Shown here piece after piece: positions 22,781-34,760 of a DNA stretch of 64,000 nt. A program made the position numbers and the translations under genes. The stretch's first letter is position 1, and each line of letters begins with the position of its first letter. This DNA is from Mobula hypostoma (lineage: Eukaryota): positions 190,526,001 through 190,590,000 of the forward strand of contig NC_086101.1 of NCBI RefSeq assembly GCF_963921235.1, in the 5' to 3' direction. The notes below the pieces were generated by a model. The model saw only the letters and a list, made by a program, of their open reading frames with translations, was not told the origin of the DNA and ran no database searches.

Positions 22781-23896
22781 TTCCTGAACTCCAAACTGGA
22801 CTCACGTATCTGGTGTTGGGGGGGTCACCAGCTCTCATGCCTGTTCCCTGCATGGATTTCCAATCTCTGAACCCTCGAAGCTGGGGAACTCAGTGGCTAA
22901 TCATTGACAAAGAGTTTGGCAGCATTAAACCTTAGTCATGAAGCAAGTCTGGCTACATTGGTGCAGCTCACACCCATCTCTGAACTGTTCCCACAATCTA
23001 AGGACTCATTTTCAAGATTCTTCATCTCATGTTCTTGACAATTACTATGTATTTATTTACTTTTTATTTGAAGAGCTTGTTATCTTTTGCACATGGGTTG
23101 TTTGCCCTCTTGCATGTGGTCTTTCATTGATTCTATTGTGTCTCTTGGATTTACTGTGTATGCCCGCAAGAAAGTGAATCTCTGGGTTGTACGTGGTGAC
23201 CTTGTACTTTGGTAATAACTTCACTTTGAACTATGGCCACTTTGGGACACTTTGGAGGCCGAGGGAATGTTTCAATTAAATTGTATAAAATGACAAGAGA
23301 TGTAAAAGGGGTTTAAAAATATAACAACATTCACTGGGGTTGAAGGGCAGAACATGGGGTAGCACACCTCACCATTGCTGAAAATATTTGTACGTGCACT
23401 TGATGCGCTTTAACCCAGGTGGCGTTTTTTTAAAATCCTGCCTTCATCCTTCCCCAGTTCAAGCAGCTTTTCCAGTTTCTCAGGATTCCTCTTTCCATCC
23501 CCAAATTAAATCTATGATCATATACTTTGGTAGAAGGAACAAAGGCATCGACTATTTTCTAAATGGAGAGAAAATTCAGAAATCCGAAGTGCAGAGGGAC
23601 TTGGGAGTCCTTGTGCAGGATTCCCTGACAAGTTGAGTCACTATTGAGGAAGGCAAAGGTAACGCGAGCATTCATTTCAAGAGGACTAGAATATAAAAAA
23701 GAAGAAAGCAATTCACAGGCTTTATCAGGCATTGGTCAGGCTGCATTTGGAGTATTGTGGGCAGTCTTGGGCCCCTTATCTACGAAAATGTTTGCTAGCA
23801 TTGAAGGGGGTCCAGATGAGCTTTACAAGAATGTGGGTTTCCTCCGGACACTCCAGCTTCCTCCCACAGTCCAAACACATATGGGTTAGTAGGTTA

Positions 23897-24132
23897 CACA
23901 CATCAAAGTTGCTGGTGAATGCAGCAGGCCAGGCAGCATCTCTAGGAAGAGGTACAGTCGACGTTTCAGGCTGAGACCCTTCGTCAGGACCCTTCGTCTA
24001 GTCCTGATGAAGGGTCTCGGCCTGAAACGTCGACTGTACCTCTTCCTAGAGATGCTGCCTGGCCTGTTGCGTTCACCAGCAACTTTGATGTGTGTTGCTT
24101 GAATTTTCAGCATCTGCAGAATTCCTGTTGTT
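23897..24132. mobile_element. Non-autonomous PLE-derived fold-back element 2, inserted inside an HE1-like SINE
   Basis: Same architecture and same loop (ccttcgtcta) as element 1; 15-bp TSD tgggttagtaggtta (23882-23896 / 24133-24147). Confidence 0.9.
23999..24036 (+). ncRNA. Minimal type I hammerhead ribozyme motif; predicted cleavage after C24031
   Basis: Identical to 21958-21995. An antisense copy on the left arm spans 23955-23990. Confidence 0.8.
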
Positions 24133-24479
24133 TGGGTTAGTAGGTTAAATGGTCATTGCAAAATGCCCCATGATTACGCCTGCGGTAAATTTGGGGTTGC
24201 TGGGTGGTGCGGCTCAGGGTGGGGGGAGGGTGGAGGGCAGCTATGCTGCACTCTATCTCAATTGATAAATTTGCAGACTGTCTCCACAGCATTTTGGAAT
24301 GGAGAATTCTAAAATTTCTGAAATGATGAACTCCTCCTATTCCGAAGCAAGTGATTTCTTCTTAGTCCTGGAGTCAGAAGCGGTACAACCTTAGAAGCAG
24401 GTTTTTGACCTGAAACATGGACATTCCCTTTCCTCCCACAGACATTGCTTGATCTGCTAAGTTCCTCCAGCAGATTTAA

Positions 24480-25130
24480 CTTGCAGGTTGAGTCAGCGGT
24501 GAGGAAGGTGAATGCTCTGTTGGCTTTCATTTCAAAAGGACTAAAATATAAAAGTAAAAATGTAATGCTGAGGCTTTATAAGGCCTCAGACTGCACTTGG
24601 AGTAATTGTGAGCAGATGGGCTCCTTGTCTGAGAAAAGATGTGCTGGTATTGGACAGGGTCCAAACAAGGTTCACGAGAATTATCCCAAGAATGAATGGG
24701 TTACGGTATGAGGATCATTTGATATCCCTGGGCCTGTACTTGCTGGAGTTCAGAATTATGATGGGGATCCCATTGAAACCTATCAAATATTCAAAGGCCT
24801 AGATGGAGCGGATGTGAAGAGGATGTTCCCATAGTGGGGTAGTCCACGACCAGGGGGCACAGCCTCAAAATAGAAGGACATCTCTTTAGAATGAGGAGGA
24901 TTTTTTTTTAGCCAGAGGGTGGTAATTCGTGGAATTCATTGCCACAGATGGCTGTAGAGACCAGTTCATTGGGTATATTTAACCAATTTCCCCCGGTATC
25001 AATAAAGTATGACTATGACTATAATTAAAGTGGAGGCTGATAGGTTCCTAATTAGTTGGGTCATCAAAGGATACAGGGAGAAGGCAGGAGAATGGGGTTG
25101 AGCAAGATAATAGATCAACCATGATCGAAT
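24480..25130 (+). mobile_element. CR1 3' fragment with a small Rex-type tail insertion (~24987-25022)
   Basis: AVRKVNALLAFISKGLKYKSK; inserted cccggtatcaataaagtatgactatgact matches the tail of the 46680-47720 element. Confidence 0.8.
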
Positions 25131-26279
25131 GGAGGGTTCACAAGGCTTCGTCCAAACAGATCTTCAAGACTTTTTGTCTTTTGTGTCTTCTGGACTCCTG
25201 CAACTGAGAAGATGTTTTGGATAGTGAGGACATGTGAAGACATCTTCTTCAAGGGATAAGGAGAGTGGATTTCACAGGGGACTGACTCTGCTCGTTGCCT
25301 TCAGTACAGAAGGATATGCACCTCACTGAAGAAGCAAGGCTCCGAGAACAGGGAAATGGAAGCTGTTAAGGCCCAGTCCAAAGAAAATTACTGAATCACA
25401 AGTTAATCCTGGACACTTACAGAGTCCTAATTAAAAGTAGTAACCAAGCAAAACTACAAGAGAGAGTTGCAAAATGGAATGTGACACCGAGATAGAGGAA
25501 GGACAGGTGATGAAAAGCTTGATCAAACCCCCGGGATGAGGAGGCGATGTCAGGTGTGGGTGAGTATTTGTCACATCAGGACTCTGTCGTCTTGATGGCT
25601 GTGAGAGAGAGATTAGACCACGAGACATAGGAACAGAATTTGGTGAATCGGTCCATTGAATTTGCTCCGCCATTCGATCATGGCTGGTTTATTGTCCCTC
25701 TCAGCTCCATTCTCCTGCCTTCTCATAATCTTTGAACATTTACTAATGAAGAACTTAACAACCTGTGCTTTAAATACACCCAATGATTTGGCCTCCACAG
25801 CCGCCTATGGCAATGAATTCCACAGTTTCCCCACCCTCTACCTAGAGAAACTCCTCATCTCTGTGCTAAAGTGTATTCTGAAACTTCGTCCTCTGGTCCT
25901 AGACTCCCCCACTATAGGAAACATCCTCGCTACATCCACTCTATCTAGTCCTTCCAAAATTCGATAGGTTTGAATGAGATCCTCACCCTCCCATTCTACT
26001 AAACTTCAGGGAGTACAGGCTCAGATACCAACCTTACAATTACCCGTTCATTGCCGGGATCATCCCGTGGGAAGAATGTGTAAACTCCTACAGTCAGAGG
26101 CAGGAATTGGGCCCTGGTCATACAGGTTAGTAGGTTAACATCCAGAGTCAACTCCTCTTATTTTGTTATGGACAGTATTTATCTAGTAACAGCACAACTT
26201 CTGGACATAAATTCAAAGTAGGGTTTATTGTCATATCGACACGTAGACGGGCGTACAGGTGCAATGAAAAACGTATCGC

Positions 26280-27080
26280 AGCACAGGGAATCGGACAAGC
26301 AGCGTTCACCTCTAACCCCAACCACTGCACCCTCCCCGGTGCGGTCCCCGGAACGCCGGATCGATCGGCCATGTCTGTACGGGGCAGCGACTCGCTGAGC
26401 CCCGTCCTGGCACAGCCATGATTGTGCGGGGCAGCTCAGGGACCTGTCTTTCTACTTGTACGAGGCAGTCTGGTACTCCGGGAGGCTTTAGAACATTAAA
26501 CTGGAATAGGGGGAGGGCGTCGATAGCAAAGATTAGAAATAATAAAGTATCAGACGGTTAGTTAGTCTTCGGTCGGAAGAGCGCCAGCGCCCTGGTCCGT
26601 CGCAGCGTGATTGGTCAGACTGTTGGTCTGTCATCGTCCCATCCTGTCATACGATCTACAGACTGATTACTTGGTACAACATCCCGCCATGCGATAGGTC
26701 GAGCCCTATTCCAGTTTCCGCCGTGTGATTGGTAGACGTTTCTTCGCTCTCCGCTGTTTGATTGGTCAGGGGCCGAACGCCCTGCTTTTCTGCCATGTTG
26801 ATTGGTAGGCAGTTCTCCGCCTGCCGTATAGTGATTGGCTGAGGGAGCGGCTGGAGGCTGCTACCTGTTAATTCAGTGGTAGCGAGGCACGTTGTGGCGG
26901 CCGGTAGGCCGGCTGGCAGCTACGGTTCTGGAGTCGCCGGCGCCCGGCGAGGAGGTAGTGACGGTAAGGACGGTCGGTACAAGGCACGAAGCAGGGTTGT
27001 TCTATGGTCACCCAAAGATCGGGTTTGAAAGGCTTTGAATTGATGGTCTTCAGGCTGCGGGTTTGCCGGGAGCGGACACA
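26280..27080. promoter_or_regulatory. CpG island promoter with five CCAATCA boxes; probable SLC5A6 promoter, possibly bidirectional
   Basis: CpG-rich unique sequence in a CpG-depleted window; ATTGG (within TGATTGG) at 26610, 26728, 26761, 26801 and 26834. Confidence 0.8.
26850..26963 (+). other. SLC5A6: Candidate non-coding first exon of SLC5A6 (start approximate)
   Basis: GC-rich segment just downstream of the CCAAT array, ending at donor ACG|gtaagg (26964). Assignment to SLC5A6 is inferred from orientation. Confidence 0.55.
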
Positions 27081-27099
27081 CGAGGTCAGAAGTCGGTGG

Positions 27100-27410
27100 A
27101 AGGAGGGAAGTGGGTGAGGAGGGATCGGGGTGGTGAGGAGGGGGTTGGAGGAAGAAGGTGAAGAGGGAGGGAAGTGTTTGGAGATGAGGGATGGGACGGG
27201 TCAGGAGATAGGAAAGGGAGGAAAAAGAATGGGGAAGTGAGGGGATGGTGGAGTGAAGCTGGAGGGACAGGAGAAAGGGAAGAGGGAGTATGGGGAGGGA
27301 GGGGAGGAAGAGGGATGGGATGAGGCGAGGGAGGTGATGGGGAAAGGGGGAATGGGGATGGGAGTGAAGCTGGGGGGACAGGAGAAAGGGAAGGGAGTGT
27401 GTGGGAGAGA
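27100..27410 (+). repeat. Purine-rich (GA) degenerate low-complexity tract
   Basis: Almost exclusively G/A on the + strand; recurring gagtgaagctgg(a/g)gggacaggagaaaggg motif. Confidence 0.85.
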
Positions 27411-27414
27411 AACG

Positions 27415-28620
27415 TAGAAGACCTACAGCGCAATATAGGCCCTTCGGCTCAAAGTTGTGCCGAACATGTCCCTACCTTAGAAATTACTAGGTTTACCTAT
27501 AGCCCTTCTATTTGACTAAGCTCCATGTACTATCCAAAAGTCTCTTAAAATACCCTATCGTACCCGCCTCCACTACCGGTGCCGGCAGCCTAATTCCACA
27601 CACTCACCGCTCTCTGCGTAAAGAAACTTACCCCTGACATGTCCTCTGTACCTACTCCCCAACACCTTAAACCTGTGTCCTCTTGTGTTAGCCATTTCAG
27701 CCCTGGAAAAAGCCTCTGACTATCCACATGATCAATGCCTCTCATCATCTTATACACCTCTATCAGGTCACCTCTCATCCTCCGCCATTCCAAGGAGAAA
27801 AGGCTGAGTTCACTCAACCTATTCTCATAAGGCATGCTCTCCAGTCCAGGCAACATCCTTGTAAGTCTCCTCTGCACCCTTTCTGTGGTATGCACATCCT
27901 TCCTGTAGTGAGGCGACCAGAACTGAGCACAGTACTCCAAGTGGGGTCTGACCAGGGTCCTGTATAGCTGCAACTTTTGGCTCCTAAATTTAATTCCACG
28001 ATTGATGAAGGCCAATACACCGTATGTCTTCTTAACCACAGAGACAACCAGCGCAGCTGCTTTGAGCGTTCTATGGACTCGGACCCCAAAATCCCTCTGA
28101 TCCTCCACACTGCCAAAAGTCTTACTATTAATACTATATTCTGCCATCATATTTGACGTACCAAAATGAACCACTTCACATTTATCTGGGTTGAACTCCA
28201 TCTGCCACTTCTCAGCCCAGTTTTGCGTCCTATCAATGTCCCGCTGTAACCTCTGACAGCCCTCCACACTATCCACAACACCTCCAACCATTGTGTCATC
28301 AGCAAATTTACTAACCCATACCTCCACTTTCTCATCCAGGTCATTTATAAAAATCACAAGGAGTAAGCGTCCCAGAACAGTTCCCTGAGGCACACCACTG
28401 GTCACCAACCTCCATGCAGAATATGAGCTGTCTATAACCACTCTTTGCCTTCTGTGGGGAAGCCAATTCTGGATCCACAAAGTAATGTCCCCTTGGATCC
28501 CATGCCTCCTTACTTTCTCAGTAAGCCTTGCATGGATTCCCTTATCAAATGCCTTGCTGAAATCCACATACACTCCATCTACTGCTCTACCTTCATCAAT
28601 GTGTTCAGTCACATCCGATC
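27415..28620 (-). mobile_element. CR1 LINE, RT to 3' end
   Basis: ORF 27590-28795: VDGVYVDFSKAFDK, GVPQGTVLG, FADDT, LEYCAQFWSP. Confidence 0.93.
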
Positions 28621-29458
28621 TGCTGGGATTTGCTCCCCTATCAGAACTCCTGCACTCTTCACTCAAGAACCCACACCCATGGATCTTTCTCAGACTCAGC
28701 ACTCGCTCAAACCCCTCTGGGCACCTTGTTCCTCTAAAGTGACCTTTCTGTCCTTGTGTAACACCATCAACAACAAACACCTGCATTGCACACACGGTAG
28801 TGTAGCGGTTAGCACAACCCTTTACAGTGCCAGCGACCCGGGTTCACTTCCCACCACTGTCTGTTCATTCTCCCCATGACCGCATGGGTTTCCTCAAGGG
28901 GCTCTGATTTCCTCCTGCATTCCAAAGTCATACAGGTTAGTAGGTTAATTGTTCACATGGGTGCAACTGGGCTCGGAAGGGTCTGTTACCATGTCGTATC
29001 TCTAAATTTAAAATATAATATTAAAAAATGTGGCATTTGTAACACAGCAAAACATCCCCAGGGTCCTGACAGGATCTACAGCTGAATCACATTCAACATC
29101 GGACATGAGCGGATTTTAGGATAGATAGGGCAAAGGGTGGAAGTATCTTTGCAGAGAGAGAGAGTGGGAGAGGTTTAAAGAGGGAATTCCGGAACTCGGG
29201 AGTGGATAGCCAGCAGTGATGGAGGGTTAAATTTGGAACATTTCAAGGAGCAGAATTAGAGGGTGGGGAGATCTAGGAGTCCATTGGGGTTGTCTGAGGC
29301 TCCTGCTCCAGCCACACTTCAGCAGCAGAACAACCGGGCCCGGTTTGGGTGCCGGAAAGAGGACTCATCCTCAGCTGACAAACAGAAAAACACAAGCGAT
29401 ACACACCCGGTACTGAAAACCTCCACAGAAATGCTCTTCACCTCTGTGTCTTTGACAG

Positions 29459-29530
29459 GTTCCCGTCAGCACGGATGCTGTGTTGATTCCGGTGTAGCGA
29501 GTGGTGTGAAATCATGAACTGCAGAGCCAG
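29459..29530 (+). other. Candidate 72-nt non-coding (5' UTR) exon of SLC5A6
   Basis: Long pyrimidine tract ctcttcacctctgtgtctttgacag| and donor CAG|gtaatg, in unique sequence. Confidence 0.45.
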
Positions 29531-29880
29531 GTAATGGGGCAGGGTCGGGGGGGGGGGGGGGCGGAACTTGCCGAAGCTCGCTCTTCACATTGAGGACATT
29601 CCTGAAACGCAGGGCTGACTGAGCTGGCCTGGTGCCTTCTCTGGCTCCAGACTTCCTTCCCCTATCCTGTCACACCCACTAAATATCTATGCAGGTTGTG
29701 TGTTTGTGGGGTGGCACGGTAGTTTAATGCTATTACAGCATCTGCATCCCGGTCTGAAAGGAGTTTCATGTTCTCCCCATGACCATGTGGGTTTCCTCCA
29801 AGTGCTGCAGTTTCCTCCCACAATCCGTGCGGGTTGGTGGGTTAATTGGTCACATTGGTGTATCTGGGCAGCGTGGGGTC

Positions 29881-29970
29881 TGTTACCGTGCTGTACCCCT
29901 GTTAAGTAAAAGCCTTTGAGTAGGCCAGGCCTTCAAGGCTTTTACTTAAGAGGGGTACAGCACGGTAACA
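29881..29970. repeat. 90-bp near-perfect palindrome inside a SINE 3' end
   Basis: 36-bp arms tgttaccgtgctgtacccct(g/c)ttaagtaaaagcctt with 1 mismatch. Confidence 0.9.
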
Positions 29971-30019
29971 TATCTCATAAACCAGTCCATGAGTCAGAAT
30001 CAGGTTTATAGTCAATGAC

Positions 30020-30650
30020 AGGTTTATAATCAAGGTCTAGACTACAAGAGCAGGATGTGATGCTGAGGCTTTATAAGGCACAGGTGAGGCCTCACCTTGA
30101 GTATTGTGAACAGTTTTGGGCCCCTCATCTTAGAAAAGATGTGCTGGCTTCGGAGAGGGTCCAGAGGAGGTTCACAAGGATGATTCCAGGCATGAAAGGG
30201 TTATCATATGAGAAACGTTTAATGCCTCTGGGTCTGTACTCGCTGGAATTCAGAAGGATGAGGGGGGATCTCATTGAAACCTTTCGAATATTGAAAGGCC
30301 TTGACAGAGCAGATGTGGAAAGGATGTTTCCCATGGTGGGAGAGTGTAGGACAAGAGGGCACAGCCTCAGGGTGGAGGGGTGCCCTTTCAAAACAGAGAT
30401 GTGGAGAAATTTCTTTAGCCAGAGGGTGGTGAATTTGTGGAATTTGTTGCCACATGCAGCTGTGGAGGCCAGGTCACTGGGTGTATTTAAGGCAGAGATT
30501 GATAGGTTCTTGATTGGTTATGGGGAGAAGGTCGGGAAGTGGAGTTGAGGAGGAGATTTAAAAAAAAAGGGTCACCCATGAGTGAATGATTGAGCAGACT
30601 TGATGGGCCTTATGGCCAAATTCTGCTCCTGTGCCTTACGGTCTTTTGGT
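30020..30650 (+). mobile_element. CR1 3' fragment
   Basis: ORF 30057-30548: LEYCEQFWAP...RRMRGDLIETF...NFFSQRVVNLWN. Confidence 0.9.
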
Positions 30651-30744
30651 CTTATGGACAAACAGTATATCATGAAATTGTTTTTGTGGCAGCAGGACAG
30701 TATATTACACAGAAAAGTTACAATAAGAAAAAGAAAATAAGTAG

Positions 30745-30950
30745 TACTTATCACAAATCTTGGTTACGGGATCACTGACGCCAGGCAGACAACCTCTGAA
30801 GAGGATTGATAATGGCTGTGGTCACCCGTCCTGTAAAGACACTCCCCAGAAGAAAACAATGGCTTCTGTAGAAAAATTTTGCTCAGAACAATCATGGTCA
30901 TGGAAAAACCATGTCATACAACACAACACGTGATGAATGAATGCTACTCA
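30745..30950 (+). mobile_element. SINE-like repeat, 3' part (second copy at ~37090-37440 on the minus strand)
   Basis: Shared ccaggcagacaa.ctctgaagag.attgataat.g....ggtcacccgtc.tgtaaagacact.cccagaaga segment and a (TGAA)n-like tail. Confidence 0.65.
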
Positions 30951-31199
30951 TCAAAGTGCTATATAAAGACACACGAGATTCTGCAGATACTGGAAATCCA
31001 GAGTAGCACACACAAATGCTGGAGAAACTCAGCAGGTCAGGAGTCCTGACAAAGGGTCTCAGGCCAAAGTGTTGCCTGTTTATTCCTCTCCATAGATGCT
31101 TCCTGACCTGCTAAAAAATTTAAGGGCACTAAGTTACACCTTCTTACTTTTATGTTGCTTCTTGTCCTCTTCTTGGCCACCACAGCACAATCTCAACGT

Positions 31200-33152
31200 A
31201 GCAACAGACGAGTGGGAAGCCGGAGGATTGGGAAACTTTTAAAGAGCAACAGAAGGTAACTAAAAAGGCAATACGTGGAGAAAAAATACGGTACGAAGGT
31301 AAACTAGCCAAGAATGTAAAGGAGAATAGTAAGAGTTTCTTTAGGTATGTGAAAAGAAAAAAAATAGTTAAGACCAAAATTGGGCCCTTGAAGACAGAAA
31401 CGGGTGAATTTATTATGGGGAACAAGGAAATGGCAGACGAGTTGAACAGGTACTTTGGATCTGTTTTCACGAGGGAAGACACAAACAATCTCCCAGATAT
31501 AATAGTGGCCAAAGGACCTAGGGTAATGGATGAACTGAAGGAAATTTATATTAGGCAGGAAATGGTGTTGGGTCTGAAGGCTGATAAGTCCCCAGGACCT
31601 GATGGTCTGCATCCCAGGATACTTAAGGAGGTGGCTTTAGAAATCGTGGACGCTTTGGTAATCATTTTCCAATGTTCTGTAGATTCAGGGTCAGTTCCTG
31701 TGGATTAGAGGGTGGCTAATATTGTCCCTCTCTTCAGGAAGGGAGAAAGAGAGAAAACCGGGAATTATAGACCGGTTAGCCTGACGTCGGTGGTGGGAAA
31801 GATGCCGGAGTCAATTTATAAAAGATGAAATTACGACACATCTGGATAGCAGTAACAGGATCTGTCCGAGTTAGCATGGATTTACGAAGGGGAAATCGTG
31901 CTTGACTAATCTTCTGGAATTCTTTGAGGATGTAACTATGAAAATGGACAAGGGAGAGCCAGTGGATGTAGTGTACCTGGACTTTCAGAAAGCCTTTGAT
32001 AAGTCCCACATATGAGATTAGTGGGCAAAATTAGGGCACATGGTATTGGGCACAGAGTACTGACATGGATTGAAAATTGGCTGGCTGACAGAAAACAAAG
32101 AGTAGCGATTAACGGGTCCCTTTCGGAATGGCAGGCGGTGACCAGTGGGGTACCGCAGGGTTCAGTGCTGGGACCGTAGCTGTTTACAATATATATTAAT
32201 GATTTAGATGAGGGAATTAAAAGTAACATGAGCAAATTTGCCAATGACACAAAGCTGGGTGGCAGTGTGAAATGTGAGGAGGATGTTATGAGAATGCAGG
32301 GTGACTTGGACAGGCTGGGTGAGTGGGCAGATGCAGTTTAATGTGGATAAATGTGAGGTTATCCACTTTGGTGGTAAGAACAGGAAGGCAGGTTAATACC
32401 TAAATGGAGTCAAGTTAAGAAAAGGGGAAGTACAACGAGATCTAGGTGTTCTTGTACATCAGTCACTGAAAGCAAGCATGCAAGTACAGCAGGCTGTGAA
32501 GAAAGCTAATGGCATGCTGGCCTTCATAACAAGGGGAATTGAGTATAAGAGCAAAGAGGTCCTTCTGCAGCTGTACAGGGCCCTGGTGAGACCACACCTG
32601 GAGTATTGTGTGCAGTTTTGGTCTCCAAATTTGAGGAATGACATTCTTGCTATTTAGGGAGTGCAGCATAGGTTCACAAGGTTAATTCCCGGGATGGCGG
32701 GACTGTCATATGTCGAAAGATTGGAGGGACTGGGCTTGTATACTCTGGAACTTAGAAGGCTGAGAGGGGATCTTATTGAAACATATAAGATTATTAAGGG
32801 ATGGACACGCTGGAGGCAGGAAGCATGTTCCCGCTGATGGGTGAGTCCAGAACCAGAGACCACAGTTTAAGAATAAGGGGTAGGCCATTTCGAACGGAGT
32901 TGAGGAAAAACTTTTTCACCCAGAGAGTGGTGGATGTATGGAATGCTCTGCCCCAGAAGGCTGTGGAGGCCAAGTCTCTGGATGCTTTCAAGAAAGAGAT
33001 GGATAGAGCTCTTAAAGATAGCGGAATCAAAGGTTATGGGGATAAGGCAGGAACTGGATACTGATAGTGGATGATCAGCCATGATCACAGTGAATGGCGG
33101 TGCTGGCTCGAAGGGCCAAATGGCCTACTCCTGCACCTATTGTCTATTGTCT
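31200..33152 (+). mobile_element. CR1 LINE ORF2 (linker plus RT) to 3' tail, frameshifted
   Basis: KSPGPDGLHPRILKE, NYRPVSLTS, LEYCVQFWSP; (TATTGTC)n tail. Confidence 0.92.
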
Positions 33153-34239
33153 AACACAAGTGTAGAGTTGGTACCTTCTGGATCAGAAAGAGCATGCCAA
33201 ACTTTCAATTGTTTTCCTGCAAGTTCAAAGTTAATTTATTATCACAGTACATATATATAACCATATACTCCCATGACATTTTCTCACAGGCATTTATTGG
33301 GGAAAAAATTCAAAGTTCAAAGTAAATTTATTATTTGAGTATGTATATATTACCCTGAGATTCATTTTCTTTGGGCCATCAGAGTGAGAAACAATAGAAT
33401 CGATAAGATCAATGAAAAATGACACACAAAGACCAACAACCATTACACCAAAAGAAAACAAACTGTGCATATAGAAAAATAAATTTAAAAAATAATATTG
33501 AGGATAAGAGCTGTAGCATCATTGAAAGTGAGTTTATAGGTTATGAAATCAGTGGAATCAAAGTTCAAAGTAAATTATTAAATTCATTATCAAAGTACAT
33601 GCATAGCCCTGAGATTAATTTTCTTGTGGCCGTACTCAATAAGTCTATAGAATAATGACCATAACCAAATTAAAGACTGTCCAACTTGGCATTCAACCAG
33701 TGTGCAGAGGACAACAAACTGTGCAATTACAAACATAAATAAATAATAATAATAAATAAATAAGCAATAAGAATGGAGAACATGAGATGAAGAGTCCTCG
33801 AAAGTGAGTCCATAGGTTGTGGGAACAGTTTAATGATGGGACAAATGAAGTTGAGTGAAGTTATCCCCAGTTTCAGGGGTAGTAACTCTACCTGAGCCCA
33901 GTGGTGTGGGTCGTGATGCTCCTGTACTTTCTTACTGTTGGCAGCAGCGAGAAGAGAGCATGTCCTGGGTGGTGGGGGCAATAAGAAATGCAACAGAATT
34001 TTACAGAAAAATTACATGTAGTCTGACAAACAACCAGTGTGCAAATGGAGACGACTTGTGCAAATATAAATAATACTGAGAGCATGAGTTACAAAGAATA
34101 CTTGGAAGTTTGTGGAGGTCGTGAATGAGGTGAATTGGTTGCTATTGATTGGAAGGAATGCACTTCCTGACCTGAATCTTCCTTCGTCTCCGATGGGAGT
34201 AGAATTAGAATCAGAATCAGGTCTAATATCACCAGCATA

Positions 34240-34760
34240 TGCCGTGAAATTTGTTAACTTAACAGCAGCCATACAGTGCGATACATGATAATATAGAAAA
34301 AAGGTATAGTGATTGCAGTAAATATATATATATATAAAATAGTTCTATTAAAAACAGTGCAAAAACAGAAATAATACAAAAGAAGGTGAGGTATTGTTCA
34401 TAGGTTCAATGTCCTTTCAGGAATCAGATGGCAGAGTGGAAGAAGCTGTTACTGAGTGTGTGTCTTCAGGCTTCTGTACCTCCTTCGCAATGGCGACAGT
34501 GTAAAGAGGACTTGTCCTGGGTGATGGGGGTCCTTAATAATGGACGGCGACTTTCTGAGGCACCGCTCCTTAAAGATATCTTGGATTCTACGGAGGCTAG
34601 TACCCAAGATGGAGCTGACTAATTTTACAACTTTCTGTAGCTTCATTTGATCCTGTGCATTAGTCCGCACACCCCTAGACCAGAGAGTGATGCAGTCTGT
34701 CAAAATTGCCTCCACGGTACATCTGCAGAAGTTTTCAAGTGTTTTAGGTGACAAGCAGAA
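34240..34760 (-). mobile_element. Rex1/Babar 3' fragment
   Basis: KTLENFCRCTVEAILT...IIKDPHHPG...RRYRSLKTHT. Confidence 0.75.

Noticed and set aside
21838-24147. CRISPR-like reading of the recurring ~36-nt hammerhead motif
   Set aside because: Copies are dispersed or inverted, have TSDs and no regular spacers; no cas genes; eukaryotic context.
25421-25453. 33-nt minus-strand micro-exon FAWLLLLIRT with a gtaagt donor
   Set aside because: Only a phase-2 frame is open, and it could be linked only to a weak donor in the CpG island; no recognisable protein results.
29546-29562. Poly-G runs (also ~10743 and ~45252) and microsatellites (20272-20320, 44447-44476)
   Set aside because: Ordinary simple repeats whose length is error-prone in assemblies; no further structure.
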